Positions 12,011 through 23,400 of a stretch of DNA of 64,000 bases are shown here, one piece after another. The DNA comes from Raillietiella orientalis. Its lineage: Eukaryota. The notes below the pieces were generated by a model. It did not search any database. It saw only the letters and a program-made list of their open reading frames with translations, and was not told where the DNA came from. A program made the position numbers and the translations under genes. Numbering within the stretch: position 1 is the first letter of the stretch; the number at the start of each line of letters is the position of its first letter. The DNA lies in NCBI GenBank assembly GCA_036172245.1, contig JAYWIR010000027.1:1240001-1304000 (forward strand), written 5' to 3'.

Positions 12011-13600
12011 CCGAAAGTTCGGAACGGGAGGGAGGGGATCACAAATACACATATAAAACATAGAAATAAAGATATGGGGAGGGTAGGGGACAGGTCTCTT
12101 TGGTTTGACCTTTCCTTCCTTTCAGAACCGGCTATGGATGACAGTGATCTCGCTCCTAACGCCCTCTGGAAGATAAGCTCACTCGGCAGCCGACGCCATG
12201 TTCACGCCGGCTATTCCGGTGGCCTGATGACGAATCGCCAGCTTCTCCAGCTCTCGGTGGGCCTCGTCGATGGCGCAAGTGCAACACACCGTTGCGATGA
12301 CAGCACTGCACTGCACGTTTGTCGTGTCGCCCCAGTGCCGGCGACCTTGACGTGCTGCTCCCCGCGGACCTGGCCCGGCGGCGGCGCCGCTCGAAGACTC
12401 TCTCGAATTGATCCGTCGCGACGCTGGTGTGTGCGACAAAGGGACGAAGTCGGCTGTCTGTCCCGTTGGTGCGAGATGAGCTGGATAGCAGATCTGCATC
12501 CTCTTGGGCTCGGTACTCTAAGGCCCTCCTCCTCCTCCTTTTCCTCCTCTCATTCCCTTCCTCTTCGTGTTCCTCTGGGGAATTTCTCTCCGGCGGTGGC
12601 GTGGACCAGATGTCTTCAGAAGACAAGCGGCGGCTCTCGGCCCGCTCTCGGGAGGCAAATCTCTATCCAAAAGGGGCTCCGGTTTGGAGCACGCTTGCAG
12701 CCCCCATCCTCCTTCTACCCCTGCCCTTTGTTTGCTCTCTGCCCAGAAGTATCAATAGGCGGACTGAGGTCCTCCTGCGGAAGGTTTTCCTGGGGACGCA
12801 GAGGACCCCTCCGGTCCTCCTGAAGGGCTTGACGCTCTTCGCGTCCGGATGGCGGTCTTGGCCTCCCCTTTTCCCCACATCCGGGCCAGTTCGGATATGC
12901 ACTTCCCCTGGTGCAGAGGTGGAGACACGCGTTGCACATGACGGCTCGATGCAGCCATCTCAACGCCTAGCCCCTGCAGGGGGGAACGCGAAGACGCCTC
13001 TACAAACTCCGCGGCGCTCCGCACTCCGGACTCCTAGGACATCCTCAGTGGGGCCATCAGCCCTTTGGGGTGGAGGAGAGCGGTGGTAGAAGCGTCGGCA
13101 AATCGTCGCGCCGTCCGGCATCCCAAATTTTTCTCTTTTTCCTGCAGCCATTCACGAGTGGTCTCCTGTCTCGCGGACTGGACGTCTCAAGGTCCTCCCG
13201 TAGGGAGAACAGCATTGCTGCAAGTGGGGTTCTTTGCGCCCATCTGCTCTTAGCGTGGCTTGCCAGCATCCCCTGCGGCGAGCGCACTTTCAGCACAACC
13301 GCAGGCATCGAGGCCGTTCCGATTTCTTGTCCGAGCTACTTCCTGCTTCCAGACGACAGCGGTTCGTGGACGAACAGGATATCCAGGCGTGGACCCGCGG
13401 CATGGCAACCGCCTGCCAAAGCGGAAGACATGCATCAGGGCAGTCGTCGGTGTCTGCATGAGAGAAATCGGTCCCCCCGAGACGGCCTCTCGCTTGGCAA
13501 GGATGCGCACCGGGAAGCATCAGCCGTATTTTCCTCCCAGCGACAGTCCTCGGGAGCGCAGCTGCCGTTCAACCCTCTCGAGCGCCAGCAGGCACGCGGT
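12011..13600. other. Unique spacer (loop) of the palindrome, ~1.59 kb; no identifiable gene
   Basis: ORFs here have no mirrored partner and the sequence is not self-complementary. Confidence 0.9.
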
Positions 13601-13934
13601 TTACCGACCTGCGTGTCAAGGACCCCCCCCCCCCCCTCGTTTCTTCTGTGTCCTTTGTCCGGGAACTCTGTTCCTGGATAGTTTAGGAATAAACGCCCCG
13701 GCGCACTCGGGTGAGAAACAGACGTGAAGTCAAGGTCTCCCTGTCTGCTCTCGGCAGCAGCTTGCCCCGCTGCTCGGAAGGTTCGGAGGACTGCGGTCTC
13801 CGAACGGCGTGTCGGTGAACTCCCACGCGGACGGACGACCTGCCCCTCCCGCCCTCCGTGCCCGCCTCGGCGGCGAGTCCGACCAGGTCCTCCGTACTCG
13901 AGAATTCTCCGAGGCGGCGCGCAAAGTCACCGGA

Positions 13935-14683
13935 TTTATATAAATGAACATAGAAGCCAGTGGCAGGACGCTTGGTCATGCCACGTTGCAAATATAAGAG
14001 GAACCTGTCGAGGACCGGCGAGCAGGCCGGCGAGGTTCCCCTCGGCAGCAGAGGGGCGGAGGGAGACGAACCAAAAGGAAAAAAATAAAACAAAAACCTT
14101 CAGTTAAAAAAATGGGTGTGGGGGGTGGGGGGTCAGGAAGGGATCACGGTGTGCTGGAGGGAGTCCTCTGCATCTTTGCCAGGATGCTGGTAGGTTCCCG
14201 TTTTAGGATCCCCGGATGGGGCCATCTTAACGCTGTCTTCTTGAAGAGAACAGCAAAATAGATGGCGTCCCTGTCGTCCTGGCCTCCTGCGGCGTTGTTC
14301 CATGCAGCCACGATTCCGCGTAGGCAGCACAGCGTTTCTAGGAATGAGACCTTCCGGCGTGAGAGAGTCGCTCAGGAAGAGGCGCTTTGAAATGCCTCTG
14401 GGGTTGTCCTCAGGGATCCTCAGGGACGCGGGAAAGCGTTCCCACAGGGGAAGGGATGCTTGTCTTCCACACAAGCAACACAATCCAGGAGCAGGTGCAG
14501 GAGTGAATCCCTTTCGCCGCACCTTCCGCAGTTCGAGTTCGCACTCCCCCGGGTCCAGTGATGTCGGCGGGCATCGCACGGGAGGCCCCAATGCAATAGC
14601 AGGATCACCGACTCCCGCCACTCTAGGTGAATGGGGGCCGCACTCGCGTGAGGGATGGTGCATACCGCGTGAGGGGTGGTATG
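13935..14683 (-). mobile_element. Mirror copy of the 10930-11678 LINE remnant
   Basis: Reverse complement in the right arm (ORF 14420..14686-). Confidence 0.85.
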
Positions 14684-15872
14684 CATTGCTCCGCGCTGGA
14701 CGGCACGTAACCGCGTACATGTCGTCGAGAGGAACGGCTGCCGCGTTCGCTAGTATAGGACCGCGCCATGCGTGCACGCGTGTCACGCACGCGCTAGGAA
14801 TGCTCAGCGCCTCCCGCAAAGCGGAAGAGGCTCTCCGGAAGGCCAGCGGAGAGCGAAACGAACAGCTGGGCCATGCAACATGCGCAACCGTGCCTTCCTC
14901 GTGGGCTGCCCCATGGGCGTACCTACGGGAGAACGCGCACTCTTGAACGGGCCCGCGATTTTCCTTCTGCTTTCCCTACTAGTCGAGGATTGAAGAGCCG
15001 CCGTCTTGCTTTTCCTGCGTGCCGGGAACAGCAAAACGCATTTCCAGATACGGCAGTCCGCTTTCCCACGTTACCTGGGCAACCCTTGAAAAGAAAAGAG
15101 AAAGGAAAAAGAGAAAAGCAGGGCTCGAAGGATTGCTGGACATCTTTTCCTCGTCATCGAGGAGGCCACTAAAAGGACCTTCAGAATCCCGAGGCGTCTG
15201 CAGACTGGCTTTAGAGGAGCGAGGTGAGTCGAGCGCATGCGCCGCACCGTCTTGCGCTGCCGTCCTCCCCTTTGTGCAGCTGCCCTTTCCAACTCTGCCC
15301 CATTGCTAGGGCGCAACCTTGTGGGTTTTCACGCACCGGAAAAGCAGTCCGGAACTCTTTTCTGCCGTCTACGGAACAACCTCAACGGGCCCAGAGCGAA
15401 CTTTCTCCAACGAACGCTCGCGCGCCTCCTTCCAACGGGCAGTCGGACACCCTTGCGGCTTTCGCTCTCGGGGCTTGGAGCCCTCCGGGGCGGCTGATCC
15501 CCTGTGCCGTGCTCGGAGGGACCCGCAGCCTCCCGGTGCCAGGCATCGCCGTTCGCCGTCAGGCGGGAGACCCGCGTGCGCTTCCGCAGCAGGGACGCCA
15601 CGCCCTCCAAGATCAACCGGTAGCATCCCAGCCCATTCCGGTTTCTGGGGGATGCGACAGGCGTTGCCAGCGTCTTGAGGCCGACTGCGCGTCAAAGGCA
15701 GTTGCGTACGGGCGCCGCCGAAGAGCCGTCGAAGGCAGCCCGCACTGGGGTTTAGGAAGGGATCACAGTGTGCTGGAGGGCGTCCTCTCCCGACCCGGGC
15801 TGAAGCTCGCGTTCGCCGAGCGCTGCACGAACCTGGGGATCTACGTGCTTCGCTAGGGGGCAGTGTCAGCGT

Positions 15873-17331
15873 GTTTTGGGCCGAACCGCGGAGTGTGTGC
15901 CACCCGCGCACGCTTGCATCTATCCCTCAGTGTCCAAGACAACGCGACGTCCAAATCGGGAAATGCGATGGGACGCCGACTTCCCGTGCGCTCGGCGAAA
16001 CTCAGCACGCGACCGCTCACCTCACCGTGGAAGCTTCGTCTGGAGCGGACGGAGCGTCAGCTCTGATTCAGAAGACCCGCCCTCGCGGCGAGATTATGGA
16101 CCACGCCTTGATGCGCGCCAGCACGCTTCCTCGCCAAGCGAGCAACCGGCTGCGAGGAACTCGCATCGGTCCTCGTCGCCAACGAGACCGTTTTGAGACG
16201 CTGTGGCCATCAACTTCGTCAGATGGTTATCTTGGTGAAGGAGAACACCTGGATCTCCTGCCTCCCCGCGAGCTGCACTGCCTGGCTGCAGGAGTCCGTT
16301 GGCGCGAGGGGAAGGATCCACGGCTCGAGTGAGGCGGAGTGCGCCTGCCTGCGACGAGGCAGGAGCTCTCGACAGTCGCTGCAGGAGATCGCGTGCAGCC
16401 CGCGCAAGATGCTGTGGGCTTTGCCTGCCCCCTGTCCCAGTGCTGCCTTCCCTAAGAAGCGCAAGGGACAGAGACCTTCCAGCAAGGTGGGAGATGTTCT
16501 GCAGCATCCAAGGCAGAAAAAAAACAATAAGAGCGTGCACAACTCGGCAGCTCACGGACTCTGGGACCCCGAGTGTCCCTACTATGCTAGGGAGAGCTGC
16601 TCGTTATACCTCCGAAGGAGGCGAAGTGGCCCCCAGTGTGTTGGAACAGTGGCGCTCTCCCCCTCAAATGGCGGTAGCTGGTGCTGGTTCTGGAGGAATC
16701 CTGTGAAGGCACGCCTCCATCATTCGATACGGGGGAGTGTGGGTGCTGAATGGGACAAATGCGAGAAGGAGACTCTCCCGCACCCTCTGCTGGACTGTGC
16801 CACCCTCCGACCCCTTCGGGATCGCCTGTAGACGATCCTGGAAATCCCGGTGGACAGGCCCAGGGACATTGTACGACACTTCTTCATGCGTGCCGCTCTG
16901 CCTCCATCCGCGTCCCTCGCAATGCTCTGCCGTCTCCGCGGGATCGTGGCGACTCGGAACGCGAGAAGAGGCCAGAATGGCAGGAACGCCATCCACTGGG
17001 CGCGCATCTTTCTGAAGACCGCCTCGAGATGGTCCCACCTGGGCAGCATGAGAACACCACCTCTCAGCATCCTGGAAAGCATGCAGAAGACGTCTCCTAG
17101 TAAAACGTGATTCTCTCCTCCCCCAAAACTCCTCCCCGTCCTTCCCGTTTTTTCGTTTTATTTTCGGTTTCCCCTCCTCCTTCGCTGCTGCAGAGGACCT
17201 CGCCGGTCTCCGTACCGGGGACCGACAAGTCGGACGGACGTGGTCAGCCACATGTTTCATCACTTTCACTAATTATATGTACTTTTATTATTTTAACAAT
17301 AAATGTCCCAGCAAATTCGGGTGAAAAACCT
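15873..17331 (+). mobile_element. Mirror copy of the 8286-9740 LINE remnant
   Basis: Reverse complement in the right arm; ORF 16193..16831 carries the zf-RVT motif. Confidence 0.8.
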
Positions 17332-18357
17332 AAGCAAATTAAGGACAGAACTAGTCAGCATCCCGGAAAGGATGCAGAGGACTCCTGGCAGCGTGCAGGA
17401 ATCCCTTTCCCGATCTTCCCTCTCCCCGCACCCGGAGGAAAACTTCCCCGCCCTTTTTTTTTCGTTTCCTTCCTTTTTGAATCCTGTTTTCTTCCCTTCC
17501 CCTCCGCTGCCGAAGAGGACCTCGCCGGTCTGCGCACCGCTTTTGGCAGAGCACTGGGAGGTTCATTGCACGTGGTAGAACCACGTGTTTTACCACAAAA
17601 AGTTACTTTTATCATTCGTTGTAATAAATGTCTCGAACGAACAGGGTGAAAAACCTCGCCGTGGACGAGGTGTCTCGTTGAACTGAGGCCAGCTAAGGCT
17701 GGCCTTAGTGCGATGACCCAACGCAACCCTGGCAACACCAACTCTCGCCCCTTGAAGGAGAGGGTGTCCAGAAAGGTGTAACGCCTTCGAGCCGGCTGAC
17801 TGGAGCTCCGTGCGAAGGAGAGCGACGCGAAAAAGGCGAACTCCTGCATCAGCGGAAAAACCTGAAATTGCACAGCCGAACAGGAAACCCATCGGCTCCG
17901 CAGCTCTCCCTTCCTTTCCTTCGCTCCTGCCGAGAGCGACGCTCCGAAACGATGGCCCGAGAGTGGGAAGTGTAGCCTGTGGAGCAACGCGCTGTTCCCG
18001 ATGCGGTCACCGTTGGCATCCGAACGCGAGACCTTCAACACCGCAGGCGCGAGTCTGCTTTCTGGGCACTCCTCACCGGGCACGGCTCCAAATGCTGCTG
18101 CTCTTCTTCGGAAGGCTCCACTGTGCGGTCGAGTCTTCCGAAGAAGCACAGAAAGACCACACAGAGGCGTCGTTTTCATTTTCATCCGGTCGCACAGGGG
18201 CGCTTCTTGTAGAAAATGGAACTTTGGTCGACAAATCTTCCAGTCTTTCGGCAGTGGCAGCGCAGTGCTGCCATTTCCTCGTGTTCCGCAGGAGTCCACC
18301 GCTCGGAGCAGTCTCCGGAAGAGGCCCGCGAGTGAAGGTTGGGGAGGACGGGGGAGG

Positions 18358-20454
18358 GGAGGGGGGAAGATGAACACGAAAAAGGACTAGAATATTTGTA
18401 TGTGTGAGGGAAGGGAATTGATTGGAAGAGGGGAAGGGAAAGGGCGGCAGTTCGCTCCCCGTTGGCCTCCGCATCCTCTCGAGGATGCCGGCAAGTTCCT
18501 CTCGGTTGTGCCTCAGGCTCCACCATCTCACCGCGATCCTCGGCAACGGGTAGACGAAGAAGGTGGGTAGCTCCTCTGCTTTTGTTCCGGTCTCTGCCGT
18601 CGGGGCCTTCGACCGCCACGATCCGGCGGACGCTGCACGGAGCTGCGACCCTCGAGGCAGGCAACAACCCGCCACTCGTGAAGCGACTTCCGAACGAGAC
18701 CCTCGGGTGGTCTTCCGGGGAGTTCAGGGATGTGGTCAAACGCTCCCACACTCTCCGGAGGGCGACGCACGCCAAAAGCAGGTGCGGCAGGGTTGCCTTT
18801 CCGCCGCGCCTGTCGCACTCTGCAGCCGCACTTCCTGGTGCTCCCGCGGTAGAGGCTTGCGTTGCATGGGGTGGCCCCATGCAGCAGCCGCAACGCATAA
18901 CGCATTCCCGTCACTCCAGGGGAAGCACGGAGCAGTCGAGGAACGCCGCAGGGACCTCCACTCTTTCCAACGGGATTCCGAGGAGACCCGCTCAGCAGAA
19001 TGCGGCGGAGGTGGGAGATTCAGCCAGCTGACGCGCCGTCCAGCATCCCAAGGGTGTTTCGCCTTTCCTGAGATGTCGCAGATCACTTCCCATCTTGATG
19101 TGTGGGAGACCGTTTTGGTTGTTCCACAGGAGCGACAGTCTCGCGGTAAGGGGACTCTGCTGGGTCAACGGGGTCTGCTCCGGCACTCCATCATCCCATT
19201 CAGCGAGCGGCGCGCCTAAACGCAAGTGCTGCAGGCGTTGCGTCTCTCTCAGAGTCGTGCAGCTGAACTTCGCCTACGCCTGAACCGTTCCCGGATTCCA
19301 GGCACTGGAAACGGAGGAATCTCGAAGGAGGAAGGTGGGTCCGCTTCCAGCTCGGATTCGTCTGCGGCAACCGCAGCCAGCCGAAACCGCCTTTGCGTGG
19401 CGACATCGGCCGAAGCTGGCCGCCACGCGCCAAGCACGGTGCCGAGTCGCTGGTCCAGCGGTTTCGGAATCCACGGCTTCCCGCCGTGTGCTCAGCAGCG
19501 GAGGGCTTGCGGGGAAGGGAGGGGGGGGGGGAACTCCGGTCGAGTCGACGGAACGTCGATCGGCGCCTCTCGCGAGCCGCCGCAGGGCCCGAAGCGTCGC
19601 GGGGATTCCGGGACTCACAGGACGGACTGCCCGTGCACTGGCGCTGGCGCTTCTCGCTTAAAGAGGAGCTCCTGCACTCGTCGCCCTGTGATTTGGGTTG
19701 CCCGGCGCCAAAACTGGCTCGCGGCGGCACGGACGAATTCCCGTCCACGGCCTGCGGCCTCGTCCTTCGATACTTGCACATCCTTCTATGTCCGGGAAAG
19801 ACGTCCGTCTTCGCCGGCGACCCGTTTCGGCACGCGGAGCGACGCACCCGACTCGGTGCCCGAGGGCAGCTCCGGAGCCTGGCAGGCTGCGGAGAGGTCG
19901 CGCTGCACGTAACCGGAGATGCTTGCTCTCCTACCCGTCACTCCAATCGGACGGTCGGAGGACCGAGGTCGCGTCCCGAGTCCCCACAGGCTGCCGCGCG
20001 CTCTCCGACCGCGCGGAAGCCTCCCGTCCATCTCGGACGCACCCTTCCGCCGCCAGAGCTCGGCGGCGGCCCCTCGAATACCTCGCGACCGTTGCGCGGG
20101 GGAGCTCACGAACCCGGCGGCGTTCCGATTCCTGCTCTTGGCGCACGAAAGCGCGCTTGGCGCGCACTTACCGCGAGGTCCGAACCGCATCGTCCCGCAG
20201 CGGAACGCGACCCGAAGACGCGCGCGCCCGAGGGGCCGCACGCACACTCCGCGCACGGGTGGCGTCTGCCGGTGGGCATTGCGGGAGGCGGGCCGGGGGC
20301 CACACTCGCCGATGCGTTCGCCGCGCAGGCCCCGATGCAGGTGCGCCTGACCCGGCGCGAGGGCGGGCGCGCATCCGGAAAAGACCATCCTTGCTCCCGG
20401 AATTCGTCCCCAGGAGCATCTTTCCGAAAGCATCCCTCCCGTATTTGTTTCCAT
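18358..20454 (-). mobile_element. Mirror copy of the 5165-7260 LINE remnant
   Basis: Reverse complement within the right arm. Confidence 0.6.
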
Positions 20455-23400
20455 TAGCAGCCTCCAGCCGTTGCCGGGAGCGGCGCGCGTCGAGCTTCAT
20501 AAGAAATTTAGGAGGAAGCCGAGCGGCGCGCCTCTCGCGGCGGAACGTGACGGATGATGTGCGTGGAATGCCTCGCAGCTTCATAAAAATTTGACTTTCC
20601 GATGCCGACAGCACTGCCTGTGGCACGGCCGCCGTCCCCGCGTCGCTCGGGGGAGGTGTTGGCGCCGGAACGCTTGGGTGCGGCCTGGGCGCGCGGATGC
20701 GACCGGGAAGCGCAAATCCGTTCGGGATCGGCCGGCGAGAGGGGAGGGGAGCTTCCTCTTCCCTCTTCTCCCGGAAACCGGGAACGGGAGAAGAACTCCC
20801 GCCGGACTGCGCCCGCCGCGTCTTCGGTGCCGGTCGGGTGGAACTGCCCGCTCGGAGGGGAGCGCCGCTGCGCGCTGGTGCCTCGCAGGTGTCCGGATCG
20901 CACCGGAGCACGTGCGGGAGCAGCCCGTGCTTTCGGGGGCGGCCCCGGGACCCATCTTGTGGCTGCATCGGCTCCCGGGGGTCAGGGCAATCGACGCGTG
21001 CGCCGGCTGGCTGGTCGTCCGCGCGACCTTCTCCTGCCTCTCCCGGGAAGGACGGAGAGGGCGAGAAGAGGAGATGGGTCCCCGGTGAAGCGAGAGCCCA
21101 TCCTTCGCCCGCAGGCAACATCTCAGGAGGTGACGGATGATCCCTAATCCGGTAGGACGCGTTACCTGCTCTGGCGACTCTTCGGCCGCATACAGAGGGC
21201 TCGCTGCCGAGATCACCCGAGTGGAGCCAGTGGGGCGTGTCTCTCGACCAGGTCGCACGGGGGCGCTCTGAGTCCTGTCGGGACTCCGGCGAGGGCGCCG
21301 ACAGAACAGCCCGGCGCGGCCATGGCGGGCGCGAAGCGGCTTGCCCGTTCGCCCCCTGCGGCTGCCTGCGTCGCGGGCAGGACGTGGTCGGATCTCGGGA
21401 AGCCGCGATTTCCGGGCGGCACCCGAGCGAACGGAACGGCGGCGCAGCACTTGACCGGAAGCGCTGCGGTCCCGCGCGGCGGAAGGCGGTGCCCATCCGC
21501 ACCCTGAGGCCGGAGCGAACGCTCGGACGTTCTTCGGCGGAAGATGCGGCTCCCTCTGGCGGACCGTCGCCCGACATGAACAGTCGGAAGCTGCGCCTTC
21601 CGGAGGGTTCTCCTCCCGAGTCTGGCTGTGCCTTGACCCACGGGGCCGGGGACGTCGTCCATGGGTCTCTCCAGTGCTCGACAGTCCTCGCTGCAGTCCG
21701 CTCGGAGCGCGTTGCCAAGAGGCGAACCCCGCCGCCGACGCGTAAGGCTGCGTGGCATGGGAAGCGCTTCTTGCTCACTTCTCCCGTTTCGAATCTCGGG
21801 AGGCGGCAGGCTGAGGCGCGGCTTCCTCCTCTTGGTAGAGCCGTCGGCGATCCGCACCTCTCTGCGGGGATGCTCCAGGTGGGAGGCAGGAACGAAGGGG
21901 CGTCTCCTGGCAACCGCGAGCGCTCCGGCGCCCGCGGCAGAGTACGGGAGCTCCATAACCTCCCCCTCCGGTTGTCGCCCAGGAAGCAGGCCCTCGGCGA
22001 CAATCGAGGGCACGGTCGCCGAGCCGACCCCTCGCAGCCCTGCATATTTCTGCTGTCGTGGGCTGTCTGCTCCCTCCCTCACGCTGCGCTCTTTGCCCGC
22101 TGGTCGTATCCCCGGTGATACCTGCGACGGGTCGTTTTGGGTCGGCACGTGCCTGACCTTTGCTCATCGCATTGAACGGATTCGGGAAACGGGCCAGGGC
22201 TCGAAGGGCCGGCGAAGTCTTGGTTTGGGGTCCCTGTCTGCAGAGAGATGTTGGGCGGCGTCTGCCGACTCAGGTGCTTCCCGGTCTCGTCCGATGGAGA
22301 GCGCCACCGTGAAATGAAACGTTCGAGGATGCCAACGCTGCGGACCTCCCGGTGGAACTCGCGGGAGTGTGGAGCGATCGGGGACGCGGAACAGAGGAAG
22401 GCGTCCGTCACTTTCGAAGGGGACCGAGGGGCGGGTCCGTTCCCCAATCCGGTCTTCGTCTCTGGCGGGCACCCGGATTCCGGAACCCACGTTGATGGGT
22501 CGGAGGGAGGGCGGGCGCGCACGCCGGAGGTGGCCCCTTCCGGAAGTCTCCATGGTGACGTCCGGCCGCGCAACAGGGCGCTCGGCAGACGCCCACCAGA
22601 CTGCGAACGCCTCGAATGACGGCTCCCTTCTTCGTGGGCAGGTGCGTCGGATGCAAGGCGACGCACCCTTCCGCCGTCAGACTGATTGTCGCGTCACGTC
22701 CCCTCCGTTTCTACGGAAACCGGGAACAGAGAGACGGCGACGGAAACGCAGTTGCGTTTCCGGGGTTGAAATTCCTCGTTGAGAGGATCCTGGTCAGTCG
22801 TCGCCATGGATCCGGGAAATTGAACCGCAAAGGAAACTCACCTGCAGTGTTGCGAGACGACGTTGCACGTTGCTGATTGCGAATGTATTTGCGCTTCGCG
22901 TACCTTTGGAACTCGGTGTGCGTAAACTGGGAAACAAATGTACCGTACCGTACCAACTGGGTTTACGACTCGCCTACCTTCTTCTTCTCTCGCGCAACCG
23001 AGTTGCGCGTCGGTGGCGTCTGCTTCCCGGACGTCTGTCGACTGAAGTGGGGACGCTGTTGCCTCCTTCGTCCCCCTCGTGGTCCGATCGGCTGGATGAG
23101 CGCCCTGTAGCGATGTTCTCAGGCGTGCTGCGCCATGGATGGGAACGAGTGGGCGGGAAATTGCGAAACGAAGGGGCAGGGATGGGTCGTCTCGAAAAGG
23201 AAGTGGTTCGATCGTAACCGGAGACGCGACCTGGGGTAGGAGAAGCTACGGAAGAGTCGGTGAACGAATAGGGGTGGGGTAGGTGAGTCTTGAGGTGAGG
23301 GTGGTCGCGATGCTCTGTGCGCTTCCGTCCCGGAAGGGCGCCGGAGGCAGGGAAACGGGGCACCTCCGTGCGGAACGCGACGTACAGTCTCCCGGACGCT

